NCBI RefSeq assembly: GCF_006345805.1
Contig: NC_043006.1
Location: 102,176,001-102,240,000, forward strand
Source of the DNA: Octopus sinensis
Taxonomy: Eukaryota
Direction of reading: 5' to 3'
DNA length: 64,000 nt
The notes beneath the pieces are model-generated. The model was not told the DNA's origin. It worked only from the letters and a program-made list of their open reading frames with translations, and did not search any database. This document shows positions 1-12,489 of the stretch, piece by piece. Within the stretch, counting starts at the first letter, position 1; the number at the start of each line of letters is the position of its first letter. Position numbers and translations under genes: made by a program.

Positions 1-479
1 TGTAAACTGCCTAGTTTAGACTAAAAATTTAGCATCTGAAATTCTTCATTTCTATTTGTAATATTTGTTTCAATGTCTGCTAAGAATAAAATATCTTTAA
101 AATCTTGTCATTTTATCAACCAATGAAAACCAATGCTATAAAACTAATGAATGCTCCAAACTAATTAACATAACAAACTAACGAACCCTTAATATTTTTA
201 TCTTTTGGACAATATAAAAACAATTTTTTAAAAATCATTTTGTAATGAAAGACATCTTTTACTGTTTTGGGATTTTGTTCTTTTAAATTAGCTCATCTGT
301 GTAATAAACACCTGTTGAATTGAGTGCATAGATGCAATAGCAATTTTTAAAAGATATAGATAATATACATAAGAAAAATTAACAGCAAATTCTTTAGAGA
401 TAATATTATGGATCCAAAGATGAGATTCGGTGGTTTAATAGTTCTACTTTCCTTTAATGTTAAATGCATTTCCACAAGA

Positions 480-616
480 GCAAAGTCTATTTTGAATCAC
501 CAAGATCTCTTCTCCACACCTACCTATTTATTATCCATTACCTTGACTTCGTTGCTGCAAAGTCTATTTTGAAACAGCGAGAACTCTACTGTAGCCCTGC
601 TGATTATCCATTACAT
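480..616 (+). repeat. Diverged ~77-bp tandem duplication
   Basis: GCAAAGTCTATTTTGAA at 480 and 557; both units end near ATTATCCATTAC. Confidence 0.6.
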
Positions 617-2121
617 CAATTTCACTCATAAAGAAGCCTTCTTATATAAGATATTAATCTTTAAAATTTTCTGAAACTGAATCAAGTATCACAAATCAAT
701 TTACTTAAAGAAAATCTCTCGGGAAATTGAAATATCTGAGAATTCTTTGTTCTCAGATATTTCAATTTTTCCCCTTCTCTCTCTTTCCTGTCTTTCTTTC
801 ACATATGCACATGCATACACACACACACACACAATCTGCAGAGCAAAGCCCCTGATGAATTGTAAAGTTAAGAAGTTAAGGATCTTAAAAAGTGTAACTT
901 TAACAAAGTGAATATAAAACCAACTCTCTCTCTCTCTCTTTCTCTCTGGTAGATTCGTATGTCTATAACGAAAAAGAAAGAAGGATTGTTGTACTTACTT
1001 TAGTATGTGTTTCATGTTAGTTTGAATAGTAAGGAGAAAGTAAATTTAAGATTAACGATGATACAGTAATGTTTAAACACCTAAAGCTAATGTAACATAG
1101 ATGCCTATCTAATTTTTTCTTCATATATTATGCTAATGAATAGATTGGACTGTTGGCTTAAATACTTACATAAACTGATGTGATCAAACCTTGCCACAGG
1201 CAATGTATTGTGTAATGAATTTTAGATGTGACACATTACATCAGTGAATTTATAGGAAAGGTAGATATTGCTCTAACTTTCATACTTGTGTATTAAGATT
1301 AAGAAATTAAATAACCTGAAACATTACTTTTAAGTTAATTATTCCAAATAATCAAGTACTTAATGAAATCATCTCATCATATTAATACCTATTAATACTT
1401 ACTATACTGAATTGATAATGGTGAGAAAATTACTTTGTTTCTTGTTGTTTTTTTTTTTAAATTACATGGGTTGGATGGTTCTTCAAATTCACCATTATAT
1501 ATTTGCTGGAACAAAGCAGTTGCTTGATATGTATTCATTTTTCTGTTTGCTTTTCCATGCATGATGAATATAAAGTACTCTGTACAATCTGTTAAGTGTT
1601 TGGTATTGACAATGGTATCTGGCCATAGAAACCGACATAAAAGTGAAATATGGTTCTTCAAAGAACCTAAGTGAACAGGACCTTTTAATGTGTACCAACT
1701 CTGAGCATGGCAACCTGTCCAACCCATGCCTGTATATAGAGCATTACATAAAAATGACAATGGTGGTGGTGGTGGTGGTGGTGGTGGCAGTAGTAGTTAT
1801 GACTATTTTCTTAATCTAAGGTATAATTCTTTTAGCTATGAAGTTTGAAGAACAGAATTGTTCTAGATTAATTATGTGATGCAGAAGTTGTGAATTTTAT
1901 TGGTTTCTGTCTTTACCGTAAATATTCTGTTGTGTGCTAGAGTAATGCACGTAAATTGTATTGCTTCCATTTCTTCAACTGGTAAAAAGTTTCTATTTTC
2001 CTGAACTGAATGGTTTTCAAACACAAAGCACATTTAATTACTCTAATTAAAACCATATCATCAGTACATTATTTACATTATCTATATTTGACAGATATTT
2101 GTCCTCATCTTGTTTGTTGTT

Positions 2122-2166
2122 AACACAATGTTTCCACTGAATACCCTCTGGCCTTCATCAGGTGTC
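2122..2166 (-). ncRNA. Degenerate minimal type I hammerhead ribozyme motif (left arm)
   Basis: Minus strand GACAC-CTGATGA-A-GGCCA-loop-CAGTG-GAA-ACAT-T-GTGTT. Intact CUGAUGA core and stem I; damaged stem II and ACGT>ACAT. Confidence 0.55.
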
Positions 2167-2230
2167 TTGGGGAAATTTCGAACCTGGGTTCTCATTCCTA
2201 AAGTATTTTTCAATGTTGTTATTATTATCA

Positions 2231-2302
<72 letters not shown>

Positions 2303-2445
2303 TCACAGCCTGGAGTTGAACTTGGAATCTTGGGGTTAGTAGCCCGCGCTTTTAACCTCTACACCATATGCCCGTAGTGGTATAGTGGTTAAGAGCGCGG
2401 GCTACTAGCCCCAAGATTCCGAGTTCAATTCCAGGCAGTGACCCG

Positions 2446-2477
<32 letters not shown>

Positions 2478-2532
2478 CAACAACATCGAAAAATACCTTA
2501 GGAATGAGAACCCAGGTTCGAAATTTCCCCAA

Positions 2533-2578
2533 GACACCCGATGGAGACTGGAGGGTATATCAGCCGAAACGTTGTGTT
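2533..2578 (+). ncRNA. Degenerate minimal type I hammerhead ribozyme motif (right arm)
   Basis: GACAC-CCGATGG-A-GACTG-loop-CAGCC-GAA-ACGT-T-GTGTT. Stem I GACAC/GTGTT, stem II GACTG/CAGCC (one mismatch), palindromic ACGT in place of helix III. Core carries U4C and A9G. Confidence 0.6.
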
Positions 2579-2943
2579 AACAACAAACAAGATGAGGACA
2601 AATATCCGTCAAATACAAATGATGTAAATAATGTACATAATTCCTCATTTCTTAAATATAGAACTGCATATCATCAGTGTTAACTTGGATAAAGATGGTG
2701 GGCTGATATCAAAACTAGTAGAACATAAGACAAAATACCTAGTAGTATTTAGTTACATTCCTTTATATTCTGAGTTCATACCCTACTCAGATCCATGTTG
2801 CCATTTTTTTCATTTGAGGCCAGTAAAATAAATATTAGCATATATATAATTGACCATACTCTAGAAAGGTGGTACTCCAACTTGGACATGGCCCAATAAC
2901 TATGTCATTATTAAAAATAATAAAGAAAATTTCTGTGTTTGTT

Positions 2944-3145
2944 TTAACTTATTAGCATTTAACCTGACCCTTATCTGGCTCAAATATTCTCCTGGTTTTA
3001 TGTTAAAACCGTCCAGATCTGACCTCTCACACCTACCCTACAATGTCGTTCTAAAAACATAATCACATCATGGAAATCTTGAAGTTATGAATGTGAATGA
3101 ATAATCTTTATATTTGACAGGGTAATCTAAATGCCAAAGGATTAA
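2944..3145. mobile_element. MITE-like element (degenerate copy of the 4800-5053 family)
   Basis: Shares internal sequence (TCTCACACCTACC, GTGAATGAATAA) and terminal TAGCATTT...AAATGCCAAAGGATT with 4800-5053. Confidence 0.55.
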
Positions 3146-4799
3146 ATGAATAAATTGAAGTAAGTAGCATATGAGCATTTGGACAAACAAATACTTAGTT
3201 CAAGAGTGACTCACAACTCTTGGGTCAAATACTTGAACCGTGTAGCCATACTTCTTTAGTTTAATTCCCAACTACCCAGTCATAAGTTCAACACCTTAAC
3301 TATATAGCTATATTTCCTAGTGTAAAGATTTCTAGTGCTTTCATATTTCAACCAGAGTAAGTCAAATAATGTTCTATTTGATTTGAGAACCAAATAGAAG
3401 TTGGCTAATGTTGTATTGGTTGTGGGATTTCCTTTCGTGGCGATGCTATGCAATTGACCAACGTCCATTTTTGTGTTTACATTTGTACCTGAAATGAATT
3501 GATTAGCTGCGAGCAAGCCAAATATTGCATTGTTCTCTGTGTGTATGGGTGTGCACAGCGGTGGTGGTGGTGCTGCTGCTGGTGTGAGAGAAAGAGGAGG
3601 TGAGAGCAATTGGGAAGAAGCCCCTATATTTTGTCATTTTCAAAATAGAAGCTCCTCAACAACCTTCTGCCCCCCCCCCCTCTTTCCTCTGCAATCCCCT
3701 TGCACAATTAATTTGCCCAATTGTGGAATGCCAACAAAGATTTTCTCTTCTCTAAATTTCCATTTTAAATAGGGCTTAATTAGGTGCAATGTTTGCATAT
3801 GGACCACACTGCTGAAAGCCTGGTATATTGGCTTTGCTTCTGCCAGCATCCAACTCAGAATGCATCATTCTGCTTTAAGTATTGCTTCTTCACACTGTCT
3901 ACTACAATATTTCTTTATTTGTTTTTTATTGCCATGAACATGGTTATGCAAGCTAGCAGTATTGGTTAAGGTTGTAAGGAATCATGGTTAGGATACACAA
4001 AATAGTACACTGTATGCTTTATAACTAACAGACATTGAATAAATCCTATCTTAAAGGCAACTGGTTCTATTTGCTAATTAAGCTGAGGTAGATCAGTTGA
4101 TGATAGAAAAATTACTGCATTTGAAAAATATGAAAAGCTACATACAACCATAGCCATCACTCACAAGCAAGTATGACCTAGTAGCATGTACTATGCTTTT
4201 GCTACTTGTTTTTTATTCTTGTATAGTTGTGAGCAGACATAGACATACACTGGGAATTTCATCCCTTTGAACTGGCACAACATTGAAGATGTGGCTTCTA
4301 GAAGAGAAAACTGCACAAGCAGTCAGCTGGGACCCATTTTCATCTTCTCAAGGATGCAACACACCACTCAGTCCAGGAATCAAACCTATGACCTGGTCAT
4401 GAGCCTAATATCTAATCCTGTAGGCCACATGCCTTCACTACAACCACATATATAAAATGTAAAAAAAAATTCAAGACACAACAATCAAACATCCATCCAA
4501 TCACAGTGTATCTTCCTTAAAAAAAAAAATTATTGGAGAATATGGTTCTAGGTGTACTATGCCTGAAAAAATATGATAGTGATAAATGAAATACTTTTAG
4601 TAAGAGGTTTAATCAATCAGATCTGCCAACTGGTCACAGGAAGCTTTTAGTGGAGCTTATTGGGTTGTCAACATTCAGACAAAACCCTGATCTCCTTTTC
4701 ATCCACATTTTTCCTACAGACATTTGGTCATCAGTCACACACATTTCCCCAATGAAGAAGGCGGATCTATAGAAGTCATGTGCATTGTCACTCTCGATA

Positions 4800-5053
4800 A
4801 ACCCTTTAGCATTTAAACTAGTCATATCCAGCCTAAATATTCTACCTGTTTCAGTTTCAAGTTCATGTCTATCACACCAGATCATCTCCCTTTCATCAGA
4901 TCATGTCTCTCACACCTACCGTATAATATCATTCCGAAAATATGCAATCACTCAATTGAAATCTTAACGCTACAAGATAATGTGTAATTAATTTAAAGCA
5001 AAGTGAATGAATAAGCATACTATTTGATAGAGTAATGCAAATGCTAAAGGATT
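4800..5053. mobile_element. MITE-like non-autonomous DNA transposon
   Basis: Terminal inverted repeats AACCCTTTAGCATTT / AAATGCTAAAGGATT (14/15 match), no ORF, second copy at 2944-3145. Confidence 0.65.
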
Positions 5054-5175
5054 GAAAGAATAAAAAAAAAAAAATTCTTTATATCAAGGCTGATGTTGTT
5101 ACTGTTGTTTAGCCCCAGGTTAACCTAGTTTGAGAATCAAAGACATACTAACCATGATCATCTAATATTACTTTG

Positions 5176-5249
5176 CAGGCAAAAATCCACATTCAGACAA
5201 ATTCAGGCAAAAATCCACATTCAGACAAATTCAGGCAAGAATCCACATT
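5176..5249 (+). repeat. 28-bp minisatellite, ~2.6 copies
   Basis: CAGGCAAAAATCCACATTCAGACAAATT units start at 5176, 5204 and 5232. Confidence 0.9.
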
Positions 5250-6086
5250 ATCCAAAGCCTTCCTTCCCTTTTAATACCTCGGTGTTAGTCATTGATACAG
5301 AGATTAACATCAGGTTGTTATTATTAGACCTTGTTATGTGGGTGCTGTTTAACGCTTTTGTTACCATATTTCTGTTGAAATACACTTTTTGTTTCAATTA
5401 ATTTTTGAAATAATGGAAATTTTTAAAAAATAACTTTGACATTTCAAGGTTGTTTAGGAAGAGCATTGAGACATAGAAACCATGCCAAAGCAGTTACTAA
5501 AGCATGATGCAGTCCTTTGACCCTTCAGATACTATCAAACCATCTAATCCATGCCAGCATGGAAGATCAATTTTAAAAGATGATACCGTCATTATTAAGC
5601 TGCTGTAACATGGAATTTTGAAGGCCAGTTTTAAAATTTAGGGCACTTTAATACAGAATTTGTGTCCCAAACCTTGTGGCAGTCACAGACACTTTGATAT
5701 CAAAAGGAAAAATACTGACAAACATGAGTTGGATCATTGAGAAGTTCACTTCAGATAAACACCTCTTTTAGAGGAGAGAGATTTTCATCTTTTATTTCTT
5801 CAAGTGTCTGAGCTATAAAATAAATACCAGCTATCATTTTTCAGCTCTAGTTAATTTGCAATGTTTCTTACCAAGCTTCAGAAAGTGGAGCAGAAAGTGT
5901 TAAAAGTATTGTGCTTACAAAGAAGACAAACCAATCAATATATAAAGTTTACAAATTGCTGCCTTACTATTAGTGAGGGCTTCGCCAGTCAGCTATCTCC
6001 TTTTAAGCATTTTGTATTCAACAATATCTTATCTTCAAACACATTTTCCTCTTTCCTCTATACATATTTGCTTTCAACTATTATCA

Positions 6087-6136
<50 letters not shown>

Positions 6137-8091
6137 CCATCCTATTTTCCTACAAGTTGAGTCAAAGTCTAGGAAATTAGCTTGCAGGATGAAAGGGGTG
6201 GGGTGAGGTGAGTATGGAAACGTAATTAATAACCACTGTTTACATCCAGTGATGGAATTCATAATGATTTAAAACCATCTTCAAAAGTTGTAATAAAAGA
6301 AAATCTCCAAACCATTTGTATACATCAGAAGTGTTGCTGAATCTTTCTCAATCACTCTGAGCTGAAAAGCATTTTACAGCCAATCTGGGGGTTAGGGAGA
6401 CAGCATGGGATGGTGGCCGCTTTGATTGGGTAGGAATTATGTGGTTTGGTTTGAGAGATTATAAATTATTCTGGGATTCATTGTTCTATCAATATTATCA
6501 ATAAAGAAGGACAGAAAGAGAGGAGTAAGTGTCTCATTCCCACTGATCACTTTCTATCTCTTAATAATTCCCTTCCCCCATGCATTTCTCCTTTACCCAC
6601 GCCCCCACCACCTCAACGTAGATGTACAAATACTCCTTCAAACATAGAAACACTCTCAAGCATTCCTGTAAATACCAATACATGCATATATATATATATA
6701 TATATATATACTCAGTGAAACACACACTCACACATACAGCAGCAATTACACACACTCATGCACACTCGTTCCTACATGTAGTTCAAACAAGTATTCTAAT
6801 CCTCTTTATTATGCAGATCTATCTTCTTTATATTAACACACACACATACACATCCTCATACTCTCACATGTGTACACACAACCTCACAAATTCATGCACC
6901 CTCTAAATACACACATTCTTGCATAAATGTATATTAAAAGCCAAAGATATATGCAAACACTAGCACACTTTTTGACACAGGCTCATATACACACACACAC
7001 ACACACACACACAAAGGGAGAGGGCCATATATATATGCAGATGCTTAAATGTATATTCATACGTGTACTGTTGCATATAGACTAGTGTGTGCATGTATAT
7101 ATGTATGCCCATTCTTGTGAACAAGGGCTGATTTTACGTGCACGCCTGTAAATATTTTAGCTTATTCACACGCACACTGGCTTTATGTATACATAGCATT
7201 TAGAAACAATGTTTACACAAATACCATAATAATGTATATATAAACATTAAATAAATACCTATACACATACTCTAATAAACACAAAACTACATGAACTCAT
7301 GGTATACAAACACACACACTGACACACATATATATAAATGTATAATCAATCCATTCTAATACTCATATATATACAGTACAAGGAAGCTTCATATGAAAAA
7401 GGTTATAATAGTCAATAGCATAACCATCCAATCAGCCAAAATGTTCTCCTCCTCCTCTCTTACCACTAATTCCATGCAGTCCAACGTATCATACCCCTCC
7501 AGCTACACCAACCTTTCATCTGTTATATTATATAACATTTCTGACTCATTTGACTGGAGATCATCTATGAGAGGGGAGACTAATCTCATAAACCACTTTT
7601 TCCATTAACGTTAACAGCTTATTCAGAAGCTTAATGAAATATGTGTCTCTCTCCAGCAATTAATCTGCTAAGGGCCAGCTTATCTCAGAAATAGCCCAAA
7701 GTTGTAAGCAGAAAGATTACCTAATTTAGTTCAGAGAGATAAACAGAAAGAGAGAAAATAGGAGAGGCATCAAGAAGGCTTAATATTTATACATGTCATC
7801 ATCAGAATCTATTTTTGTCTAAGAATTTTCATATTATTTTCTGAGCCTCTTGTAAAAATCAACACCTTAACGCTAGACTCTTTTGTTAATTTTTTTATAT
7901 TCTTCTTGGCATCAGCTTAATTATTGTCAATTTTGTTGTCATTTTATCATCATCATCAACATCACTAATATCATTTACCATCAGGGTGAAATTGCTCTAC
8001 AAATTCAATCCAATTTAATCAGGAGGTAGAACCCATGTCAGTGCTTGATAACATATCCAAAATATCTCTGGAATGTTAAAAGACAAAAAAA

Positions 8092-8130
<39 letters not shown>

Positions 8131-8559
8131 GAGCAGAAAGTAATTAATTTCATGTCTAAGGAAGAAACAAGAGAGAATTCAATGTTTTGGGCTATGGCTC
8201 TTCGTCAAGGAAGAGGAAATAGAGTTCAGTAACATTTTTTCAATATATTCAGAGTTCAGTCCTTTGTTAAGATACAAGGAACAATATAGAATAGCATGTT
8301 AGATAATGGCTGAGAGAACTGATAAAGTTAAATAATGTTTCTCGGTTGAAAATATGTTCCATTCAAAGAAATTGGTGGGAACTATATTTTTGCCTACTAT
8401 GTTAAATCTCAAAATTTCTCCCTGTGATTTACATGCTTATGTAAATAGATGCACACACACATGAAAACACGAAATAAAACATGCACACACATACATGGGT
8501 TCTCACCTTTACAGCATTCAAATGTTGAACGGAATAAAGTCTTTCATATTTGTCTGCCT

Positions 8560-8725
8560 GTTTATCTCTCTCTCTCTCTCTCTCTCTCTGTCACTCTTTG
8601 CATCTCTCTATCTCTCTCACTGTCACTCTTTGCATCTCTCTATCTCTATCTCTGTCACTCTTTGCATCTCTCTATCTCTCTCTCTCTGTCACTCTTTGCA
8701 TCTCTCTATCTCTCTCTCTTCCTCT
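8560..8725. repeat. (TC)n-based tandem repeat, unit ~TCTCTGTCACTCTTTGCATCTCTCTATC
   Basis: Four CTGTCACTCTTTGCATCTCTCTATC units embedded in (TC)n. Confidence 0.85.
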
Positions 8726-10535
8726 CTCAAGGGAAGAAGTAGCTTCAAGCAACAACTGACTCAAACTATTACAATCCATTCCAGCATAGAAAGCAGATTT
8801 AAAACAATGTTATATGCACACACACACATACTTAAATTCATACATAGTTGCAACATTGTGTGCAGAATTTGAACCCCACATCTGCTTTAAATTATATAGC
8901 TGTGCTAACCACCAGCATCAAAGTGACATCACAACTTTTTACCAGCAAAGTTAGTAAACTTCAATTAAATAGCAACAATTACACACATGTAACCTGTCAA
9001 TTGAGTTCTCAGTCCAGACATGTAGTGAATAATCACCATTAGTGCAATGTTCTTGGTGAATGTGCTACCTTTAAGATCACATGTTCATGCTCATTTGTGT
9101 ATGTATGTGTAATTTATATATTCATTTGCAAAATCTGAGAATAACATTGTAAAATAATAGTATCTACGTTCACATTCAAATATACACAAGTGTGTATACT
9201 TGTAATTTCAACACATACTGAGGAAAAGCCCTTTACACTACACACATATTTATGCACACACACACATATAAGTTCATGTTTGTGTATGCATATGTGTGTA
9301 TATATATATATATAATGTATATATTTCAATGTGTGTGTGTACTCACACACTTATATATGACTCCATACAATATATGCTTATGGAAATTTAGATACAAAAA
9401 TAATTTTATAAAATTCTGAGTTTTTACAGACACACACAGACACACACGTGTGTAATAAGTAAGATAAAAGTATTGATATATAATTGAATGAAGAAATAAA
9501 CAGGCTAGCACAACTATGCAATGGCTCATTTGTGTCCTTAAAATATCCATGAACAGATAGATATGGAAATAAAGGTATACGCATGTGCGTGCGTGTACAC
9601 ACACACACGTGAAAATATGTTTTTCCTTACAACTAAAAGTATAAAGAAAAGAAGAAAGTCGAAAATTTACTTTATGAAAAAATTATATACATTTACTTAA
9701 CTGGTTCCACTTTTTTTTTTTTTTTTTCATATTTTCAAAAGTAATAGAATACAGAGAGTTTTATCACAGTTGTTTTGTGTGGTAGTTTTTCTTTTGAAGA
9801 TTTCCACACAAGACATTACAGTCTCAAATTTTAGTTACAGAAAAGAGTAGTTCAACCCTCACCAAAATTTGAAACTCTAAAGCATTTTTTGGAAATTTTT
9901 GATGAAATCTTTGGACAAGCAAAAGAAAAAGTAAAACAGGATTTCCAATTATGTGCTGAGGTCATCAAAAGATCGACTACCAGCTTGCTGTTCGCAGAAC
10001 TGCTAACGGGCAATTTGACATCAGCATAATAATGCTTAACATTTTAGAACATAATGTCTTGTTAAACAAATCTTCAGGAGAAGAACCACCACATTAAACA
10101 TTTGTGATAAAACTTTCCATATTCCATTACTTATGAAAATCAAAACAATAAATTTTCTTAAACTGCATTTTCGACTCTTTTATATTTATGTGGTAAAGCT
10201 TTTATTTCAAATGTTATATTGAATGATTAAACTCAAATGCAGTCTTCTGTGTTCAGAGTTAAATCATTTTATTTTTCTTAGAGTTATTATTTCTTTGTTG
10301 ATATTTCTTATTTCCTCGTTAATCCTTTATGTCTAATTTGCTGCCCTAATATTCTTAAATCAATTGTTTTGCAATCTTCTTGGCTTCATCTTCTGAATTA
10401 AATCCTGTTAGTGGTATATTAAGTGCCATGTTTTGTAGTAGGCAGCAAAGGATCATGGGTATGTCATAACCAATAAAAATCACCATTGCCAGGTTTAAAT
10501 TCGGTTACTGTTAACTCTTATTTACTTAGATACTA

Positions 10536-10932
10536 CTAGCAGTATCGCCCGGCGTTGCTCGGGTTTGTAAGGGAAATAACTATATAAGCATTTTTAGCGA
10601 TGTAAAGTATAATAGCCATCTCAATATGGCTAACCACAAAGGGGTGGGCGTTACTGTAGCTTTTTACGTTCTGAGATTTAATAATAAATTTTTAGAGAGT
10701 TACTTCCCTTATATATGCCAAAAATGCATTAAAAATGGGAAAAATTGATGGTAAATTTTTTTTTAAATCGTAGACTCATCGTAGACGTGCGCTAATACCC
10801 AGAAGGGCTCGATATGAATCACGACTATAAGATACCCGGTTTTGGTTAAACTGCACCGCAAAATGTGGGAGTAGTTAGGAATCTAAATCGTAGGAGACAG
10901 ACAGCACACAACCTTACTTTTATATATAAAGA
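10536..10932 (-). mobile_element. Non-autonomous Helitron
   Basis: Minus strand begins TCTTTATATATAAAAG and ends with a subterminal hairpin (CCCGAGCAACGCCGGG) then CTAG. Inserted between A and T with no TSD, the canonical Helitron signature. Confidence 0.85.
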
Positions 10933-11160
10933 TATTTGACATGCACTGTATCTGTGTATTCTTTTTTCAGTTTATATTTTGCTATCAATAAAGTTTTCAT
11001 TGTTCATATTCTTATTTTGCATGGAATCCTACATAGGATGCTAGTGTTATAAGCAAATATTTTTCTGTGTAGTCTTCTTTCATGTTCTGCATTGTAATGT
11101 GCTGCAATGGCTCCTTGTTGTAAATGTTTGGTCAACCAATGAGAAAGTGTGGTGAATCAT
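10933..11160 (-). pseudogene. Penelope-like element GIY-YIG endonuclease C-terminal relic
   Basis: Minus-strand translation TTLSHWLTKHLQQGAIAAHYNAEHERRLHRKIFAYNTSILCRIPCKIRI* resembles the PLE EN pattern TLSRRLT.H...GAI..H...H.......NT.IL. Confidence 0.55.
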
Positions 11161-12489
11161 CTAAAAAGCACTAACTCGGAATAAAAATGGATACAGTGTA
11201 GTAAGAACACTTTAGGCCTGACATGCAGTCTCCCCTAATACTGATGGCACAGTAAAATTTACTCATTCCAGCTCATAAAGTAGGAAGAGCATCCAGTCAT
11301 AAAAGTCAAACACATGACAATGACAACCAGGCTGGAGAAGATTTATCCATCTGTTGCAAGCAGAGCAAAACTGACATAAAATGAACATGCATCCACACAT
11401 ATGCACTATCCTAAGATCCTGCAATACAAGCCATGCTAGTCCCTTGAAAATAGTCTACTAAAGCTACATAGGTATTGTTGGACTGCTAGAAATGTTGAAA
11501 GAGGCAATAATAACAAAGATTGATAAAGCTGGCAATAGTGGCCCAAATGTGCAAAAGTACCAGCATGACACACATCTCCTTTTTTAATAGTTCTGAAGAA
11601 AATCATATTCTGAAGAGTAGTAAATTATCTATGTCAACGAAAGCTTTTTATTTATTTATTCTTTTTTTTGGACCACACCCAGCATTGCCTTTGTTCCAGA
11701 AGAAGTTATTTGACACATGTTCTACAGCACAACTAAATTCTGAGGAGTCTTAAAGTCGATAACTTTACAGCTATTTATTTGAAATCATCTATTTTCTTGG
11801 AGCTGGCTAGACTCAAAACACTTCCACTCAAGTACTCTTGACTCACTCATCTCTCCCTCTCTTATCACCTATATTTTATCTACCACCACCCTCTTAAGAC
11901 CTGCACTTATTATCATAACTATTCCTTTATCTCTAGAAAGTCAGTCTGCTGAGTTTCCCTCACTACACATCTTTACTATAGTCACTGTCAACTTAGAGCA
12001 ACTTAAACAGAAATTTAGCAGCAACAATATTTCCGGTCTTGGAAGGTCGACAAAGCACATAGGCATTGTTTCTTCTTCCTAACCAAACTAATCAAGACAA
12101 AAACACAGTAAACAAAAATAAATGTGCTTCATAAAATGAAGATATATATACACATATATATATATATATGCCTTACATATTTAGAAGATATGCACCTAAT
12201 ATATTTATAAGATATAGAAAGGAACTGGTGTATCATAAAAACACCACACATCTGACTATGAAATCAAGCAAATAGGAGGTTGTCTGTATATCCAACTTAA
12301 GTATTCCTATATGAAAACAAGCTAGTTGTGTCGATTCTGTATAAGATTAAGTGATGTCTATGATGGAAGTAGTAATTGAACTGTTGAAATTCTGGTGTTT
12401 TTTCTGAGGGCATTGCATTAGGCTTTCAATCATTGCACATTATTGCCGGCAGCTAATAGAAAAACTTCTAGCAATACAAGAATTTATTT

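Larger units (their letters stand above)
2066..2666. mobile_element. Head-to-head inverted dimer of a tRNA-derived SINE with (AAT)n middle and hammerhead-like tail, flanked by a 12-bp TSD
   Basis: 2064-~2372 is the reverse complement of ~2374-2636. Each arm has an A-box-like TGGT(A/G)TAG(T/A)GG, a B-box-like GTTCAA(T/C)TCC, an (AAT)n tract and a shared tail. Direct repeat CATATCATCAGT at 2054-2065 and 2667-2678. Confidence 0.85.

Noticed and set aside
1392-1760. 122-aa minus-strand ORF
   Set aside because: It begins in a degenerate SINE end (CCAACCCATGCC, (GGT)n), has no recognisable domain and no convincing splice context.
2374-2450. Possible tRNA gene (apparent ACT anticodon), with a mirror copy on the minus strand
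   Set aside because: Acceptor and T stems do not pair properly, and it runs into (AAT)n and a shared tail, so it is a SINE head.
3400-3790. Slightly GC-richer block with GGGATTTCC and ATTGG motifs as a promoter
   Set aside because: Isolated short motifs with no linked first exon are insufficient support.
5176-5249. 28-bp direct repeats resembling CRISPR repeat length
   Set aside because: The units are contiguous with no spacers, there are no cas genes, and the context is eukaryotic.
10360-10420. CAGAAGA...AAAAC on the minus strand downstream of the PLE relic as a hammerhead
   Set aside because: Core positions are altered and no stems can be drawn.
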